Shown here piece by piece: positions 1 to 12,370 of a stretch of 64,000 nt of DNA (the first letter of the stretch is position 1; each line of letters begins with the position of its first letter). Origin of the DNA: Neodothiora populina (lineage: Eukaryota); assembly GCF_041146345.1 (NCBI RefSeq), contig NW_027191411.1, positions 930,001 through 994,000 on the forward strand. Direction: 5' to 3'. A model generated the notes under the pieces. It was not told the origin of the DNA and did not search any database. It saw nothing but the letters and a program-made list of their open reading frames with translations. A program made the translations under genes and the position numbers.

Positions 1-1307
1 CGACCTCCCCAAAACAGGCTTTCCAGGACGTCGAGCAGTCGCTCGACCTCGCACAGCACCAAGCGCAGTCGGAGTCGGACTGATTGGTTGAGTGACTTCC
101 GCGTTCGATGGTAGAGCAGCAACGGTAGTAGTGCTAGGCGAAGGCGCAGGGGAAGAAGTCGGGGGTCTCAGGGCGAGATTCCTGAGATATCTTTCCCGCC
201 ATGACTGCCATGGATGCCTCGAGTTCTCTGCTTCAAGCAACTTGTACAGCTCTGCACCTTTCACGGCATAACCATTCGCTTGACCATCTCTAACCCAGGC
301 TAATAGATGCTCATCATCCTGAGTCGTATATGGGGTCCGCACCGTTTTCACAGGGGCTGAAGAGCCAGCTGCCCTGGGTGGTCGTGCTGCCCCACTCGCC
401 CCTTTCGGCACGCCTGCGACATGATCTCCTACAGGAGGAAGTTCACCAGTCTGGATAGCACGATCTATGAAGGTGTATGATAACGATCCGGGAGGACAGT
501 CGGAGCGTAAGTGATCAGCGATAAGGTAATCGGCCTGAGCCTCAAGTCTCACGACAGAACCACCATTCGCCTCTATATCTTTGACGTAGCGCGATCTCAA
601 GGGTAGGCGTTGGGTCAAGAAGAACGATTTGCCAGCGAACAGTGAACCACTTATCTCAGTTGATGCCACCTTGACGCCACTATATGTCACTTGAGGAGGC
701 ATCCTGGACGGATTGATGTCAGACTGTCCCACGACGACTCAGCTTGGGAAATGACATCCGAACTTTCACACAGTCAAAAGAAATGTGCGCGATATGCGGA
801 ATTGATCTACTGGGCGCACATGCCCCAGTGAACGCGGGCTTGAGTGAATATAGGACGTGTTGATAGCGCTTCATGCCGACGCGGCGGAGACGCGTGATTT
901 CGTGATAATTATCTCGAATTACAGTAATTCCGAGATTCCGAGACGCGGGGAGCTTGGGCCATTTTCACAAGCACGGCATAAGGTTGTCACTATGCCTCGA
1001 CAGCGTTTATGCTCGAGGTCTCCTCGATTCAAAGCAGCGCAGTCTACAGTACCTTTGTAGTCTAGTGCAGAGCGGTACATGCACAAGATCTGTGACAAAC
1101 GGGACCTCATTTAAGTTGCTGCTAGAACGAGTCTTTATTCGGATACACTTACTTAATGACGTGGGGATAGTAAACGTCAATTCCACGTTCCGGTTTTCCA
1201 TACGATCCGACGGCCGCATCACTTCTCTCTACCCTCGTCGAAGGCGAGGCAATGTTGATTCCTGAGAAGACAATGCCAATGCCAATGCAACTGCCTATGC
1301 CTGTGCA

Positions 1308-2674
1308 ATGATGTTGGCCTTTCGCAACACCGTGATTGCGGTGCTTGTCATCTCCTTCTTCACTTTCGTTGCCTTGTTTGGAAAACTCCCTGCGTTGAGG
1401 AACACGCCAATCGGTGTCTTACAGCGTCTACTATGTCTGAACATCCCTGCCACTTTCCGTCGTCTCGACACTACATTCACTGGTGGTAGGACCAGTCGAG
1501 CTCTGGCTGGTATAGGACACTACTTGTTCAACCAGAAGAACCCAGTGGTTCTTGTAAGTACCAAGATCGATGCGTGCAATTTATAAGCACGTTGACTTCC
1601 TCCATTACATATTGCTCCTTCCTTTCGAATTTACCAAGCAACTTTTCAATCATCAACGCAATTCAACATAGGATGTACTTTCTCTGACCTCTTTCTCAGG
1701 CCATCTTCTTGACCCTCCTTACAGGAAGTGCATACCTCTTCCTGACAGCGGCATGGCCCCTCCTTACCTGGTCTCAAACACTCCCTCTTCCCTTCCTTCT
1801 CGGAGCTCCATACTACTTCACTTATCTCTGCGTAACAACACGAGCCGACCACATCACCCCTCAGAACCACACACGGCACCTGCACTCCTACCCCTACGAC
1901 CACCTCCTCTTCCGCCCTGACCACAAATGCCGAACCTGTGGCTTCGTCAAGCCCGCGCGTAGCAAACACTGCTCTCTCTGTGGCGTCTGTGTCGCAAAAG
2001 CCGACCACCATTGCCCGTGGGTGAACAACTGTCTCGGCCGCAACAACTACCGCTGGTTCCTGGCCCTCCTGCTGAGTCTGGCTGCAATCGAGTTCTACGG
2101 CGCGTACCTGGCCTGGAAAGTCCTCTCCCAGAGCTGGACTGATCTGGACAGCGCTCTCGGCTGGACGAGCAGGCTCTACTGGAGCCAATGGGGGAACGGA
2201 TTCGTGCGAGCCATCAACACAGGCGGATTGAGCGTGGCCGGCGTGGGGCTGTTGGCAGTCACCACTGCTCCGCTGCCGCTGGGTCTACTGGTCTACCACA
2301 TCTACCTGATCTGGGCGGGCATGACGACCAACGAGAGCTCCAAGTGGGCGGACTGGAAAGACGACATGGCGGACGGCTACGTGTATCGCGCCAAGAGAAG
2401 CGTCATCGTGGGCAAAGAGAAGGAGCGCAAACGACAGAACAGTCTCGGGCAGGGCGATGCGAAGGCTATACTGCCAAAAGGCGAGTGCGAGGAGGATCCG
2501 CCTTGCTGTCGCTGGCCGGTGCCGAATGATCAGATGATTGTGCGCACGACGGATGGAAACCCACCTATTGGCCAAGAAGACCTGTGGGAGAAGGTCAGGT
2601 CGTTGGATGATATTGTCAATGTCTATGACCTGGGGGTATTCCGAAACTTTGTCTGCATATTGCAGGGGCGATGA
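1308..2674 (+). CDS. SWF1: DHHC palmitoyltransferase, Swf1-like (2 exons; intron 1554-1699)
   Basis: C-x2-C...KPARSKHCSLCGVCVAKADHHCPWVNNC DHHC-CRD and TTNE motif; N-terminal FGKLPALRNTPIG is typical of Swf1. A GTAAGT...CTGAC...CAG intron joins the two ORFs in frame. Confidence 0.9.
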
Positions 2675-3033
2675 TGAGGAGTGAGCAGCAACAAGAGCAA
2701 CAACAACGACGGCAACAGGAACAGTCAGAGAGGGAAAAACAAATTGGTGTCTTTTGCTCAAAGGTGGTTTTATTTCGATTTATTCTTTTCTCGTCTGTCA
2801 AGCCATCGTACACATTTTGGTTGGGGGTTTATCCTAGGATAGCATAGCGAGGGAATACACCTTTTTTTTTTCTGTCATACTTGGTATCTCCCCAAATTCT
2901 ATATTCTTCTTTTTCGGATCACACATGCTAGGCTATTCCATTCGATGACCACGCTCGATGCGTTTGTGTCAACAAGGGAATCCTACTGACACATACTTCC
3001 CATCTCATTCTTGTGATGATGTGGTGAATCGCT

Positions 3034-4959
3034 CTAGTCATCGCCACCACCCATGTTACCACCAGACTGCGCCGCCTTCTTGGCACCGCAGATGTCGTCG
3101 ACTCGGAGCAGCAAGCAGGCGCTCTCGACGGCGGTCTTGATGCTCTGGAGCTTGACGGCCTGGGGCTCCCAGACGCCAAACTCATGCATGTCGACGATCT
3201 TGCCGGCGTCGCCGTCGATGCCCCAGGCGCTGTTGCCGCCCTCGGCGTGCTTGGCTCTCAGCTGCGTCAGCACGCGGATCGGGCTGTTGCCCGAGTTCTG
3301 GATCAGCGTGCGGGGGATGACCTCCATGGACTCGGCGATGGCCTTGTAGGGCCATTGGGCGACGCCCTCGACGCCCTTTGCGAGCTGCTGGAGACGCACG
3401 GAGACGGCCATTTCGGTGGCGCCTCCGCCGGGCGAGAGGTAAGGGTGGAAGATGACGTTGCGGGCGACGCTCATGGCGTCGAGCAGGTTGCGCTCGACCT
3501 CGTTGAGGATGTCCTTGCTGGGTCCGCGGAGCAGGATGGTGCAGGCCTTGGGGTTTTGGCATTTGGTCAGGAAGGTGAAGTACTCGTCGCCGATCTTGGA
3601 GATCTCGAACAGGCCGCACTGGGTGCCGACGTCCGAGTCTTGGAGTTCTTGCGGAGAGTTGACAATGGTGGCACCGGTCGCGCGGGCGATGCGGTTGTTG
3701 TCTGTCTTGCGGACACGGCGGAGGGCGGTGATGCCTGCTTTCATGAGGTAGTGCTGGGCGAGGTCTGTGTCGCATTACAAGTGTCAGCAGAACTGTTATA
3801 GGTGGCGGGAAAAGATGCAACGAACCGGACACACCCTTCTCGGTGATGACAAGATCGGGCTTGACAGCGATGATAGACTCGCACATGGTCTTGACCTGCT
3901 CCTCCTCAATCTGCAATATCCGGTTCCAGTCCTCCTCCTTTGAGATCTCAATGTTGGTCTGCGACTCTCCCTTCTTGTACTCGAGAGTGCAGTCCAGCAG
4001 CACGACTCTCGGGTTCTCGATTCTTCTCCTCATCTTGGGGTGTGTGATGTCCTTGTTTACCATGACGCCGTCCAACACCGAGCTGTCCTCGATCTCTCCA
4101 CCGGGAACCTTCTCGACACGTGCGTAGCGCTTGATGTCGACCTCCTGCTTGTCGGCACCGACCTGTTTCGACACGGTTCGTACAGCAGTGAGGGCGAGGT
4201 TGCACATCATGTCTGACCATCTCGAGACGAACTTTGTGCCGATGGAAGAGGAAATCAGACCGTACATCTGCTCGTCGTTGGTGGTGTCTACAGGGATGGA
4301 AACGTCCTGGATGACTGTGAGGGCGTCTGCCAGGGCGCGCTTGAATGCTTGGATGATGACAACGGGATGGATATTTCGCTCGAGCTGGGGCAGAGACATG
4401 GCGAGGATCTCTCCGGCCAGGATGATGACGGTAGTCGTGCCGTCACCGACCTCCTCGTCCTGTGTCCTTGCAAGTTCAATCATGCTCTTTGCGGCGGGGT
4501 GTGCAACTTCGATTTCTCGGAGGATGGCGTGGCCGTCGTTGGTCAGGACGATTCCTCCCATGGGGTCGAGAAGCATCTTCAGCATAGCCTTGGGTCCCAG
4601 ACATGATCGAATGATGTCTGCCACGCTGTTTGAGGCAGTTGTGTCAGACAAGGTAGTGTGTCGAGAAGAGCAGAAGAGCAGGAGAGCAGGAGAGCAGGAG
4701 AGCAGGAGAGCAGGAGAGCAGGAGAGCAGGAGAGCAGAAGAGCAGAAGAGTGAAGGGGGTGAGTCAGGGGTGACATGACAGGTGTAGCGACAGGGGCAGG
4801 AGTCTCTTACGTCTTTGCTGCGGTGATGTTGGAGAGCTGGGCCTTGCGTCCGAACTGGCGCTCACCACTGTTGGTGTCTGAGAGGGCGGTGTCAGCATCG
4901 TTATCATTTCTCGGTAACGAAGGAGCTCACTCACTCATCACCACTACTGGTGCCTGCAT
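3034..4959 (-). CDS. CCT3: T-complex protein 1 subunit gamma (CCT3); introns 4934-4878, 4810-4626, 3825-3765
   Basis: Start MQAPVVVM; SCLGPKAMLKMLLDPMGGIVLTNDGHAILREI, GDGTTT ATP motif, EYKKGESQTNIEI, KLQSIKTAVESACLLLRVDDI. Canonical GT-AG introns restore the frame. Confidence 0.97.
4664..4750. repeat. 8-bp tandem repeat (AGAGCAGG)n with AGAGCAGA-type flanking units, inside CCT3 intron 2
   Basis: Directly visible: agaagagcagaagagcaggagagcaggagagcagg...agagcagaagagcagaagag. Confidence 0.95.
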
Positions 4960-5642
4960 CTTGTCTGGTTTGGTGGACCGAAGTCCTTGGGGATTGGTTG
5001 GTCTGGAGGTAGAGCGGCTATCCTGTATCTTGCAGCGACGACTAGCTCTGTGTCTGTGAGACAGTGAGAAGATCCAAGAGCTGTGTAAGGGTGATAAAAC
5101 AATGTAGATGTAGATGAAGCAGTGATCACTTTCCAATAATGAATGTATCGTCGATATAATTATGCGCTTCTGTCTTTCCACCTGCAACGCCGACTTTCTT
5201 TGTGCCAAGACCTGTGCCGCAGAGCTGCTGCGAGTCGTGTAGCAGTCACCCTCGGGGCATTCCTGATTCAGACGTTTGCCAGCAGTGACAAGAAAGGGTC
5301 GGCGGCAGATGGTCAACACTTCCGACCAGATCAGGTGGACCCTGAGTGCCAAGATGCCGTCCTTGCGCGTTCCTGGCTGAGAGGAACGGAGAAACTCGCA
5401 CCGACAGCCGGAAGCAGAGCTACAGCACGGTACTTGTACAAGTACAGTATCGTACTCCGTACAGTGCCTGACTCTACTGGTAAGGAATCGTACCCTGATG
5501 TCCCGATGCAGCGCTAGCGTCAGCCACTCAGCAACGCTTCGCCGATCACGACACAGCAACCCGTGCCGCCCGTCTGGGGCATGCAGCTCTCGACTGAGAA
5601 ACGTTCCGATTGATCACTTTTACCAAGAACCAATGCCCTTCG

Positions 5643-5662
5643 TCTCTCTCTCTCTCTCTCTC
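5643..5662. repeat. (TC)10 microsatellite in the pyrimidine-rich leader upstream of the 6007 gene
   Basis: Direct reading. Confidence 0.9.
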
Positions 5663-6006
5663 TTTCCCTTCTCTTTCTCTTGCCTTCACTCACCATCCCT
5701 CAGATGCGCTTTTGCTTTCACTTCTGACCGCAGCTTCCAACCTTCAAGCATACTTCCCCCAGCATTCATCCGCCATACATCCCATCCTCGCTTACCTCCT
5801 CGACCCTTTCCTGTCCTCTTCACTCTTATCGCTTATCGTCGCGACTACCCCAGCTCGACGTCACTCAAAGATCTTTCAATCAAGACGCGCCGCGCGCGAC
5901 ACCCTCAAGGAATCGCATTCAGTTGATTTTGCCTGCTCGAACAAGCAGTTGTATTTGTGCAATTGACATAGTATTATTTTACCTCTGATCTAGCAGACAG
6001 TCCACC

Positions 6007-6924
6007 ATGACGTCTTTCTATACCTCGTCGCCCACCGTCATCATCCCCCCGCGACCTGTCCCGGACCAACACTACAGTGCCGGCCACTACCGCGCCTTTC
6101 AACCCCCTCTTCCTGCCAATGGCCTGTTCAACCAGCTGTCCGGGAACTCGACCACTTCAATACCTCCCACCCCGTCTGCCGGATGCCTTGCCGGTCGCAA
6201 ACGCTCTCGTGGCGACACTGACGACGACTTGGACGACAATGCCATCGCTGCTCCCATCGCGCAACCTTCAGTCCCCAAGGGTGAACCTACCTATGGTCCT
6301 GGCATGACTCTCATCTATCCCAGTGACTCCCGTGGCCATTACGCATCGGAGCCAGCTGTCGAAGAGGCAGCCGTCGAGGCTGCTGCTACCAACGAACGCC
6401 CCATCATGCGTAATCGCAAGTCTCAACGCACGACAGCACGTGCTTCTGACGAATCTGCCGCTCTTCCCCTGCCTGAGCAGTCGTTAGCCAGTGAACCTCT
6501 GATCGACCAAGCCACTCGTTTGCTTGGAATATCATGGATGCGTCTCGATCGTTACGAAGGCGGTCGAATCAACCAGAGAGCCTATACACGCTGGATCGAA
6601 TGTCACTATCCCAGCCTGGTCAAAGCAGAGCTATGGTTTGAGAACAGTTCGATCCCCGGCTACCTTGGTACCGCATTCAACAAAGCGACCGGAGCTCAAC
6701 AGTACCTTCTCTGGAGCTTTGATCTCAAGCAAGCTGTTCTGGTCACGAGACAACCCTCCGAACTCATTCCTCTTCTGAGCACCACTCCACCCGCCAACCT
6801 CATCAAGGCGGCTACTGTCTCCATTTTCGCAAACGATCAGCCAACATTTGAGGACGGCAACACTCCTCCACCGGAGGCTCCCGCTTCAATTCCTCAAGCT
6901 GGCGCCATGGACGTTGATGCTTGA
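6007..6924 (+). CDS. Hypothetical protein (305 aa), Pro-rich N-terminus with basic GRKRSR motif (possible NLS)
   Basis: Long ORF with CCACCATG start context and coding-like composition; apparently globular C-terminal part (IDQATRLLGISW...YTRWIECHYP). No family recognised. Confidence 0.75.
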   Translation: MTSFYTSSPTVIIPPRPVPDQHYSAGHYRAFQPPLPANGLFNQLSGNSTTSIPPTPSAGCLAGRKRSRGDTDDDLDDNAIAAPIAQPSVPKGEPTYGPGMTLIYPSDSRGHYASEPAVEEAAVEAAATNERPIMRNRKSQRTTARASDESAALPLPEQSLASEPLIDQATRLLGISWMRLDRYEGGRINQRAYTRWIECHYPSLVKAELWFENSSIPGYLGTAFNKATGAQQYLLWSFDLKQAVLVTRQPSELIPLLSTTPPANLIKAATVSIFANDQPTFEDGNTPPPEAPASIPQAGAMDVDA

Positions 6925-8997
6925 TTACAGCATATCTTTTCTTCTATCTTCGGTATTCGGCGTTACTATGGTTATTCTGAGCATCTGCTCCAAGGCGAAT
7001 GTGGTTCACGGAAAGGGAAACTGGGATGGATGAGCAAGGCAATGCTCACCCTTGGCAAGGCTGAAGTGTTTTTTGCATGATACGCGACACCCGAAAAAGG
7101 AAATGTTTTTTTTTCTTTCTTTCTTTTTTTCTCCTGACCAGCGATTGGGGAAATCAAGCCTTCTTCTGAAAAGAGCTTTTCTGCTGATCCAACAGCTTCA
7201 GACAAATGCAATCTCTCTGCCCCGACTTTTTCATGCAGATAGCAGAATTTGGATTCTATGAAATGAAACATGTCGCAATACAGGCAGAGAAACTAGTAGA
7301 ATGAAAACCTGCAAACTTATCTAGCGGCTATGCGACTCGGCTGTGTGTTTCGTTGTCAATAACTATGACAGTCATAGTGGCGAAGTTGACTCCTGGTCGC
7401 GTTGATCTCTCGCGTCCTGCCTGGAGTGGAGTCGAAAAGAGCAGCGCGAAGAAGCTAGGGTGGACGGTCGTCCGTAAACCAGTCTGTTTTTCGCGGCGCT
7501 GCACCGCGCCGGTGCCCGGGAGGTAAAAGTTGCCTGGTTAACCGCCGAGCTCCAGTCTGCAACTCTAGTCGAGTCTAGTGATAGGTCTGCCAAGACGATG
7601 GGTCCCTCATTGTCTACTAGATCTACAGTACAGTAAGGCAACCCACGACTAGTATGTCTTCTCGATTACCAACCGGACTCGAGTGGCTATGCTGATATAG
7701 TACTCGGTATACTGTAACTAAGGTAGCCATATTGACATCATTGAGGATATCACTGGGAGTATGATTATTGCGCCGCCTCGGTTGTAAAATGCAGTAATTA
7801 CTGTGTCCACGGGTATGAGCGTCTCACGCTCAGCGCAATTGCCTTCTTCCATTGGCTATCGGGTCTGTATATATCGAGTAGGGTTTACTGCGTTCTTATT
7901 CTTCTCCTGTGAGCATACGGTACTGGGAAGAGAGAGTATCTGTTGACTTATAGAGGAGGCTGTATTAGAGGACAAGGTAGGCGAAGTGGAAAGAGTCGAC
8001 ACGAAATTCCCAGTACATAGATGGGCACGAGCGCGTGAACGAGTGGCACATGCCTTCTGCCAATGCAAGTGCTCGGTATATATAATTTCTCGATTCTGAG
8101 CATGGTCCATGATCCTTTCTTCTCCTATCAACACCAGCATGGTAGCAGCATTGTCTGCGGTGCGTGCACTAACCTGACCGTATACCATAACGAGGGGCGC
8201 GGCAGGTGAGGCAAGCAAAGCAGGCACGAGCAGGCAGCCGAGGCTATGATATTGGGGATCTCGCAGACCTTCTGGGGGATTATACAGGTTCTGCATATAT
8301 ATGTCACAGCGCATTAATCTGTCAGAGAAGTAATGGAGATACTCGATAGACTCGTCATGCGTCGGGGGCTAGGATACCTTAGCAAGAACACGCATTCGGG
8401 TCGTCGCTTGTGAAGCGGTGACTAGGCCGCGATAACGCCCAGAATGCCTCGGAGAGTCTGCATAGATCATCTACGGTACAGAGGAGCTTCTTAAGGTACA
8501 GATCTTAGTGTGGTACTTACTGGAGGACAAAGTCTCGACGTGCGACGGGCAAGGCACGTTTCTGCTGGAAAAGTGAGTGATCGTTGTTATCGTGCAGTAG
8601 ATCAGGTAGACGCTGAATTGACTCTTATGGTCAAGCGAATGTGAGGCTAGCTACGGATGTCAAGTACTAGTGAATGACGATTCTATTGTCCATAGGCAGC
8701 GCCATATCCATCCACTGTGCTTAAGCTAGGTAGGCACATCATATAGAACAATGAGTGAGAATGGATAAGCATATTGTGGTCAGGTTTGAAGACGTCTTCA
8801 ACTTTGGTTTGGTGACCCTGTTCAATAACGTCTGATAACTGCCCTGATAGAGGCGGTAGAGGCAACCCCATAGCCGCGCTAAACCCAAACAAGGCGACTC
8901 GACCACCCCTGAAATAGAATGGATGATATGTAACAACTTAGTAACAATAATAGCATGTAGTTGGACGATCAAGACAATATCAACAACATCTACAATC

Positions 8998-10215
8998 ATG
9001 ATGTTTATCTCTCAGTGCTGGCTGCTGATAGCAAGCATCCTGTTCTGCACGACTTCAGCAGCGACAGCGACACACACATCGAACTGGGCAGTCCTCGTGT
9101 CGACCTCGCGCTTCTGGTTCAACTACCGCCATCTCGCCAACACTCTTTCTCTGTACCGCACCGTCAAGCGCCTGGGTATTCCCGACAGTCAGATCATCCT
9201 CATGCTGCCGGACGACATGGCATGCAATCCCCGCAACTCGTTCCCCGGCAGCGTCTTCAACGACAAGTCCAGAGGACTGGATCTCTACGACGACAAGGAA
9301 GAGGAAGGCATGGGTGGCATAGAGGTGGATTACAGGGGCTATGAAGTCACTGTCGAGAACTTCATCCGATTACTGACCGACCGCTGGCCGGCCGACTACC
9401 CGCGGTCCAAGAGACTCATGACGGACGACCGATCGAACATTCTCATTTACATGACTGGACATGGCGGAAACGAGTTTCTAAAGTTCCAGGATGCCGAGGA
9501 GATTTCTTCTTTTGATCTCGCTGATGCTTTTGAGCAAATGTGGGAGAAGAAACGATACAATGAGCTTCTGTTCATGATCGACACGTGCCAGGCCAACACC
9601 ATGTATGGTGCTTTCTACACCCCAAACATCATCGCGACTGGATCATCCGCACTTCACCAGTCTTCTTACAGTCATCACGCAGATCAAGACGTAGGAGTCG
9701 CAGTCATCGATCGCTGGACATACTACAACCTAGAGTTCCTCGAAGAGCAAATCACCAGTACCAGCAGCAATGTGACTCTGGGTCAGCTGTTCGACAGCTA
9801 CGATCCAGTCAAAGTGCACAGCGACGCAGGAATCAGGTACGACTTGTTCGAGGGCGGCGAACAAGAGGCTCGCAACAGAAAAGTCGTTGATTTCTTCGGC
9901 AATGTGCAGGGCGTCGAAGTCGATGCGGACAGGAGCGAAGAAGAGACCATCGCAGAATGGAAGGCCGATCTGCAAGCTTTGCGCAGCATGATTGAGCGCC
10001 AGAGAGAAGCTATGAAAGACTTGAACAACCACACTGCCGCCGTGGAGAACTCCCACAGTGAAGCTACTGTTTCACCTGCAAACGGGGACAGTGGTGCGTT
10101 TGGGAGCGCAAAGACTCTGAACCAGGAATCTGGTTGGTCAAAGCAGGTCACCGGTGCTGCTGCTCTCGTGGCAGTCGGCTCTATCTGGGGAATCGGCAGC
10201 CTCTTCGACTTATGA
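8998..10215 (+). CDS. GPI8: GPI-anchor transamidase catalytic subunit (peptidase C13)
   Basis: Signal peptide, HTSNWAVLVSTSRFWFNYRH, catalytic YMTGHGG and MIDTCQA, C-terminal hydrophobic segment. Confidence 0.97.
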   Translation: MMFISQCWLLIASILFCTTSAATATHTSNWAVLVSTSRFWFNYRHLANTLSLYRTVKRLGIPDSQIILMLPDDMACNPRNSFPGSVFNDKSRGLDLYDDKEEEGMGGIEVDYRGYEVTVENFIRLLTDRWPADYPRSKRLMTDDRSNILIYMTGHGGNEFLKFQDAEEISSFDLADAFEQMWEKKRYNELLFMIDTCQANTMYGAFYTPNIIATGSSALHQSSYSHHADQDVGVAVIDRWTYYNLEFLEEQITSTSSNVTLGQLFDSYDPVKVHSDAGIRYDLFEGGEQEARNRKVVDFFGNVQGVEVDADRSEEETIAEWKADLQALRSMIERQREAMKDLNNHTAAVENSHSEATVSPANGDSGAFGSAKTLNQESGWSKQVTGAAALVAVGSIWGIGSLFDL

Positions 10216-10250
10216 ATGACTTTGGTGATGGTGAGGAACCATGATCAATA

Positions 10251-11600
10251 TCATCGAGTGATCTCCTGCTTCGGAGCAGAGAATCCGGTCATCGCTCTGT
10301 CGACGCCGCTCATCCACCGAGCGACTCGCTGTAACCCATACGGAAGAATCCCCATCCACTCGATATACCGCGCGTAGAGCGGCATACTGATGACTCCGTC
10401 CCTGCCACTTTCAATAGCCTCAATCACAGCTCCAGCCAAGTCCACACCCTGGACAACCGGTCCGAAGAAGCTACTCGGCGTGTCGATACTGTCGAACATT
10501 TGCGTCGACAACTGCCCAGGTTTGACGAGGATCATGCGCGTATTCTTAGCCCCGCGATGTGCGTTCGATGCAGAAACAGCCAGGGCGTCTATCTCGGCGC
10601 GCAAGGAAGCGTGCACGGCCGTCAGACCTGCTTTGGCGGCCGCGTAATCTGACAAGCGAGCGGGGCCCAGATGACCCAACACCGAAGAGACGGTGACGAT
10701 TGTGCCGCCCTCGGGACGACTGAGCATGTCCGGGAGGAAAGTCCGGATGGTGTGGAAGTGCGAGAGCAGATTGACGCGGAAGTTGCGCTCGATGGCCTCT
10801 GGTGAGAGAGACAGCAGTGGTTGGCCATTGACTATGGCTGCGTTGTTGATGAGTACCGTGGGGACGCCGAGCTGTTTGTGTTTGCGGCACACCATCAGCA
10901 TTCACATACTTGCTTCCCCTTAAGATAAAGCCATGAAAGCAATAGACCAATGATTTCCAAAGATCAACAAGACCAAACCCAAGTGGATTCCTAGGCCCCA
11001 CCCGAAAAAGAAACGAAAAAGAAACGAAAAAGGAGTGAATAAGAGAAAACAACATACATCTCCGTGAATCCTCTCCGCAACCCTCGTGACACTCTCCAGA
11101 TCCCCAACATCACACCTGTAGAATTTGACATCGCCCTCCTCGTCACCACCCTCCCCATCCTCACCCTCACCAACAACATCCAAACACGCGACCCTCGCCC
11201 CCATCATCCCCAGCCCCTTGACCAAAAGCGACCCCAACCCTCCCGCCCCGCCAGTAACGACGACCACTTCCTCGGCCCACCTGATTTTTCGTCTCCTCTG
11301 CGCTCCTCCTCCCCACGCGACTCTATCATTCAGTGCGCACAGGGCGTGTAAAAGGGTGTATACCAGCGCTATGGAGAGGGTGTAGAGTAGTGGTCTTGGA
11401 AGGGAGGAGATGGAAAGGAAGGATGGGAAGGAGATGGAAAGAGAGGAAGCAGAGGTGGCGAGGGTTATTAGAGGGAGGGACCAAGCTACTGGTAAAGGCA
11501 GCCAGAGGAGAGAGGAGAGGTTGTCGAGGGTTAGGCATGGAGTGTGATTATGTCGAGGGACAGAGGTGCTGGCCATTTCAGGTGTGTGGGATGATATCAT
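10251..11600 (-). CDS. Membrane-anchored short-chain dehydrogenase/reductase (intron 11057-10872)
   Basis: VVVVTGGAGGLG NAD(P) motif, LINNAA, catalytic YAAAK, hydrophobic N-terminus. GTATGT...CAG intron joins the two ORFs. Start could be 11600 or 11576. Confidence 0.9.
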
Positions 11601-12370
11601 GGATTCTTTTCGTTTTTGTGCTCTTGTGTTTTTTCTCTTTTTGCTTTTCGTGTCACTTGTGGAGCTGGGACCATTACAGTAATACTAAAATGACGAGTAA
11701 GGGAGTGGAGTCGTGTAGTTCACATGTGTATGTGTGGATGTTCACAGCTTCAGGTGGACCTTGATGTTTACCTACAGTACACTTCAAGTACTGTAATAAT
11801 ACAGCATGTTTGGGCGCTTGACGTCGTGTCTGAGTGGTTCGCTTGGCTTAGTCAGCTTGGCGCTTTCGAACTACTGTACAGTACTGTACGGCGGGCAAGC
11901 TACTCTAAAAACGACGAGTAAAAACGATAACAGACAACTCCCAGATGTTCGATGGGCAGAAATCGTCCGTGGGTACACGTATATATAGACAAGAATAGTC
12001 AAGTTCACCTGATTTTAGACACGACTCAACAAGCTTCCATAGCGAATAAACACGTTCCAAATCATTTGATGTATATTGCAGTTCTTCTGCCGAAGACATG
12101 TGTGTCCCAGCGCCCAGTAAATGCCCCCCCCTATATGACAATTTGTTTGCTTCCTTTCATGTAAACCAAAGACTGAATTTAGAAAAAAAAAAGCTGGCGA
12201 GAACGAAAACCAAAAGTGCAATCTGCATATATCCCCTAATGAACGCCATGCACAGAGTCGAGAGTCAGAAAGAAAGAATAACCCCAATCCCATGTAGTTT
12301 ACCTCATTCTTCGCACCATAGACTCGTCGCCAGAAGAAAGCAGAAGGGAAAAACACAAAACAAAAACTGT

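Noticed and set aside
1554..1699. Intronic snoRNA in the longer introns (SWF1, SDR, M20 intron 1)
   Set aside because: No convincing C/D box pair with terminal stem, or H/ACA structure.
3182..3825. Apparent frameshift in CCT3 (aberrant Arg-rich tail in the ORF track)
   Set aside because: Explained by the intron at 3825-3765.
7300..8900. ORFs 7856-8314 and 8683-8892 as possible genes or relics
   Set aside because: Weak coding signal and no family motif.
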